Shown here: piece after piece, positions 61,979 through 64,000 of the stretch | How the letters are laid out: each line of letters opens with the position of its first letter | Position numbering within the stretch: position 1 is the first letter of the stretch | Source of the DNA: Lama guanicoe | Lineage: Eukaryota | Assembly: GCA_013239625.1 (NCBI GenBank) | Contig: MU053376.1 | Location: 2,631,078-2,695,077, forward strand | Length of the DNA: 64,000 nucleotides | Direction of reading: 5' to 3' | Made by a program: the position numbers and the translations under genes | The notes under the pieces: model-generated | The model's database searches: none | What the model was told of the DNA's origin: nothing | The model's input: only the letters and a program-made list of their open reading frames with translations

Positions 61979-63509
61979 AGAACAAGGCAGGAAGGGTTAA
62001 TATCAAATGACAAAAGGCCTTGAGGGGAGGCCCAAAAGACTGGATTTTATCTGGTGGAAATGGGAAGTAATTGTTGATCATTTGAGAGCTTAATCTGGAC
62101 ATAATATGGGTAATCACTTGCCAGGAGCAGAGGAGGTGGGAAGAAAAGCTAAGGGCTGATTGTGAAAGTCTGGTAAGGGTTTCCCAGCAGACTGGGGTTA
62201 GTGAAAGTGGAAAGAAAGGGCTGGATTTTGGATGGGAAGAACTAAGACTTATGAAAAAAAAAATGTTGGCTTTTGTCTTCTCTACCAAGGAGAAAAATTT
62301 TCAAACTAGAAAGGATGGAACAGATATGATTAAAATGTAATTAAACTGCAAGTAGTTCAAGTAGAATACCTTCAAATCACTGGACTCAAATAAATTACAA
62401 CCCGGAACAAATACTAAGCAATTATGATTTTGAATCAGCTGATAGGATTTCTTTTAAAACGAAAGAAAAGATTTCTAGAATTAATAGTAATATATGCTCA
62501 TATAGGAAATAAATTGAAATAGAAAGAAGAAAAAAATCAGTAAGCTTACCCTACAGATAAAATTTTAGTTAACATTTTGGTTTATTTTTTTCAGTCTCCT
62601 TTTTATTTTATTTTATTTTTCAGTCTCTTTTATATATAACTTTGTTTCCATGTTGACACCTAGTCAAGTTGATGATCATATTATGTATAGAATTTATAAT
62701 TTTCATCTTGTTTGAAAAACATTTTAATAAAACATTTCATATTTTGTTACAAATTTATTTGTATGTATACTTCTTAATAATTATACAACATTCAGGAATG
62801 TAGGTGTATGTACTAAAAGTTAGTTAACCAAATATAGTTGGATATTTAAGTACTTTCTAATTTTTTTTTAATGTAATTGTGATAACTTTTTGCTTAAAGT
62901 CTTTTTGCTGAATTGTGAAAAACCTTAGGCTATTTTTCCAGATAAAAATCTTTAGGAAAAAACGAGAGAGTATGAAATTAGAAATCAGTTTAAACATAAT
63001 TTCTATTTTGGTGGGGAGGAAACAGTTAAACTGCAAATCTTAGTGAGACAACAAAATGACTGTTTATTTTAACCACGTTGCTGCCCCTGAAGGAAGGTCA
63101 ACTGATAATGACACATGGGAAAAAGTCTTAGCAGAGGAAACATCCAAGGAGGCACAACGGCTTGACAATTAACAGCAGAAGTGCACTCTAGCTATATCTC
63201 TACTTGTGTGTTTTTATAGAGCATTTTACATTTATTTACATGCATTTACATTTAAGTTAACTGGGAAAATGAACACAGTATATTCTTAAGTATAGGTATA
63301 ATTATTCTTTTAATTCATCAGGTTGTGGTTTAAAATCCTGAATTCATAGAAACAGTAGGTTGTGGAAAAAATATCTGAGTCAGTTAGTACCCACCGACAC
63401 AGTGAAAACTACGGTGCTTGGGGTGAGCAGACCAAATACACAGCACCCCTTAAAAACGCGGCGCCTGGAGGGGCCGTTGTTTCATCCTGCGGTACCTTAC
63501 GTTGTGAGG

Positions 63510-63700
63510 TGTTAGAGGTGTGATGCACTAAGCACAAAACCTGCCCTCAGATGATTGAGTTCAAGTCTTGCCCTGACCATTACCAACTGTATGACTCTGG
63601 ACTAGTTAGGTAATCCTTGAAATCCACTTAGAGGATGATCATAACACCTACTTCATGAGATGGATGGAGGACTAATGAGATATCAGTGAAAAACACCCCA
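63510..63700 (+). mobile_element. MIR SINE
   Basis: 'gagttcaagtcttgccctgaccattaccaactgtatgactctgg...acctacttcatgaga...gaggactaatgagat'. Confidence 0.7.
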
Positions 63701-64000
63701 GAGGCAAGAAGATCCTCCCTGCACCTAAATTGTTGCTGTCATCACATCACCTCCACGTTATTCTGGCACAAGATTTAGTGGGGAATCACTGAACATGGGA
63801 GCCTAAAACCCTCCTCACTAGCCCTAGAACACATTACCAGCTCCTGAGATGGAGAAGTGAGAACAAACTGGGATCAAAACTGTGTGAATGTTGGAATCTC
63901 CTTGATTGTCATTCGATGGGAGGTCACACTGGAAGTTCCCACGGATGTTCTGGTAATGGTGAGCCCTCTGATTTGACCCTGTGCCTCTCAGAATATAGTG

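Noticed and set aside
26344..62288. Remaining ORFs of 60-152 aa in the track
   Set aside because: No recognisable domains or consistent exon structure; most overlap repeats or low-complexity sequence.

Overview
Mammalian genomic DNA, most likely camelid (inferred from vic-1-like tRNA-derived SINEs and artiodactyl-type L1 tails), from the regulators-of-complement-activation (RCA) cluster. The only intact coding sequence I can support is the 3' end of a C4BPA-family gene on +: two CCP/sushi exons (1816-1983, 2466-2641), the oligomerisation-domain exon (3171-3341) and a polyA signal at 3447. The remaining ~60 kb is a repeat-rich gene desert of L1, L2, MIR, HAL1, ERVL/MaLR and ERV1 solo LTRs, and Tigger/Charlie MITEs. 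Reading between the repeats revealed two features the ORF track does not show. (1) A decayed tandem paralogue of the C4BPA-like gene at ~17.3-18.25 kb, with a CCP relic, collinear intron homology and an oligomerisation pseudo-exon. (2) A fossil Ty3/Gypsy (sushi-like) RNaseH-integrase region at ~22.2-25.1 kb, split by a ~1.1 kb insert between the second and third catalytic positions. Repeat family names come from recalled consensus features, not a database search.
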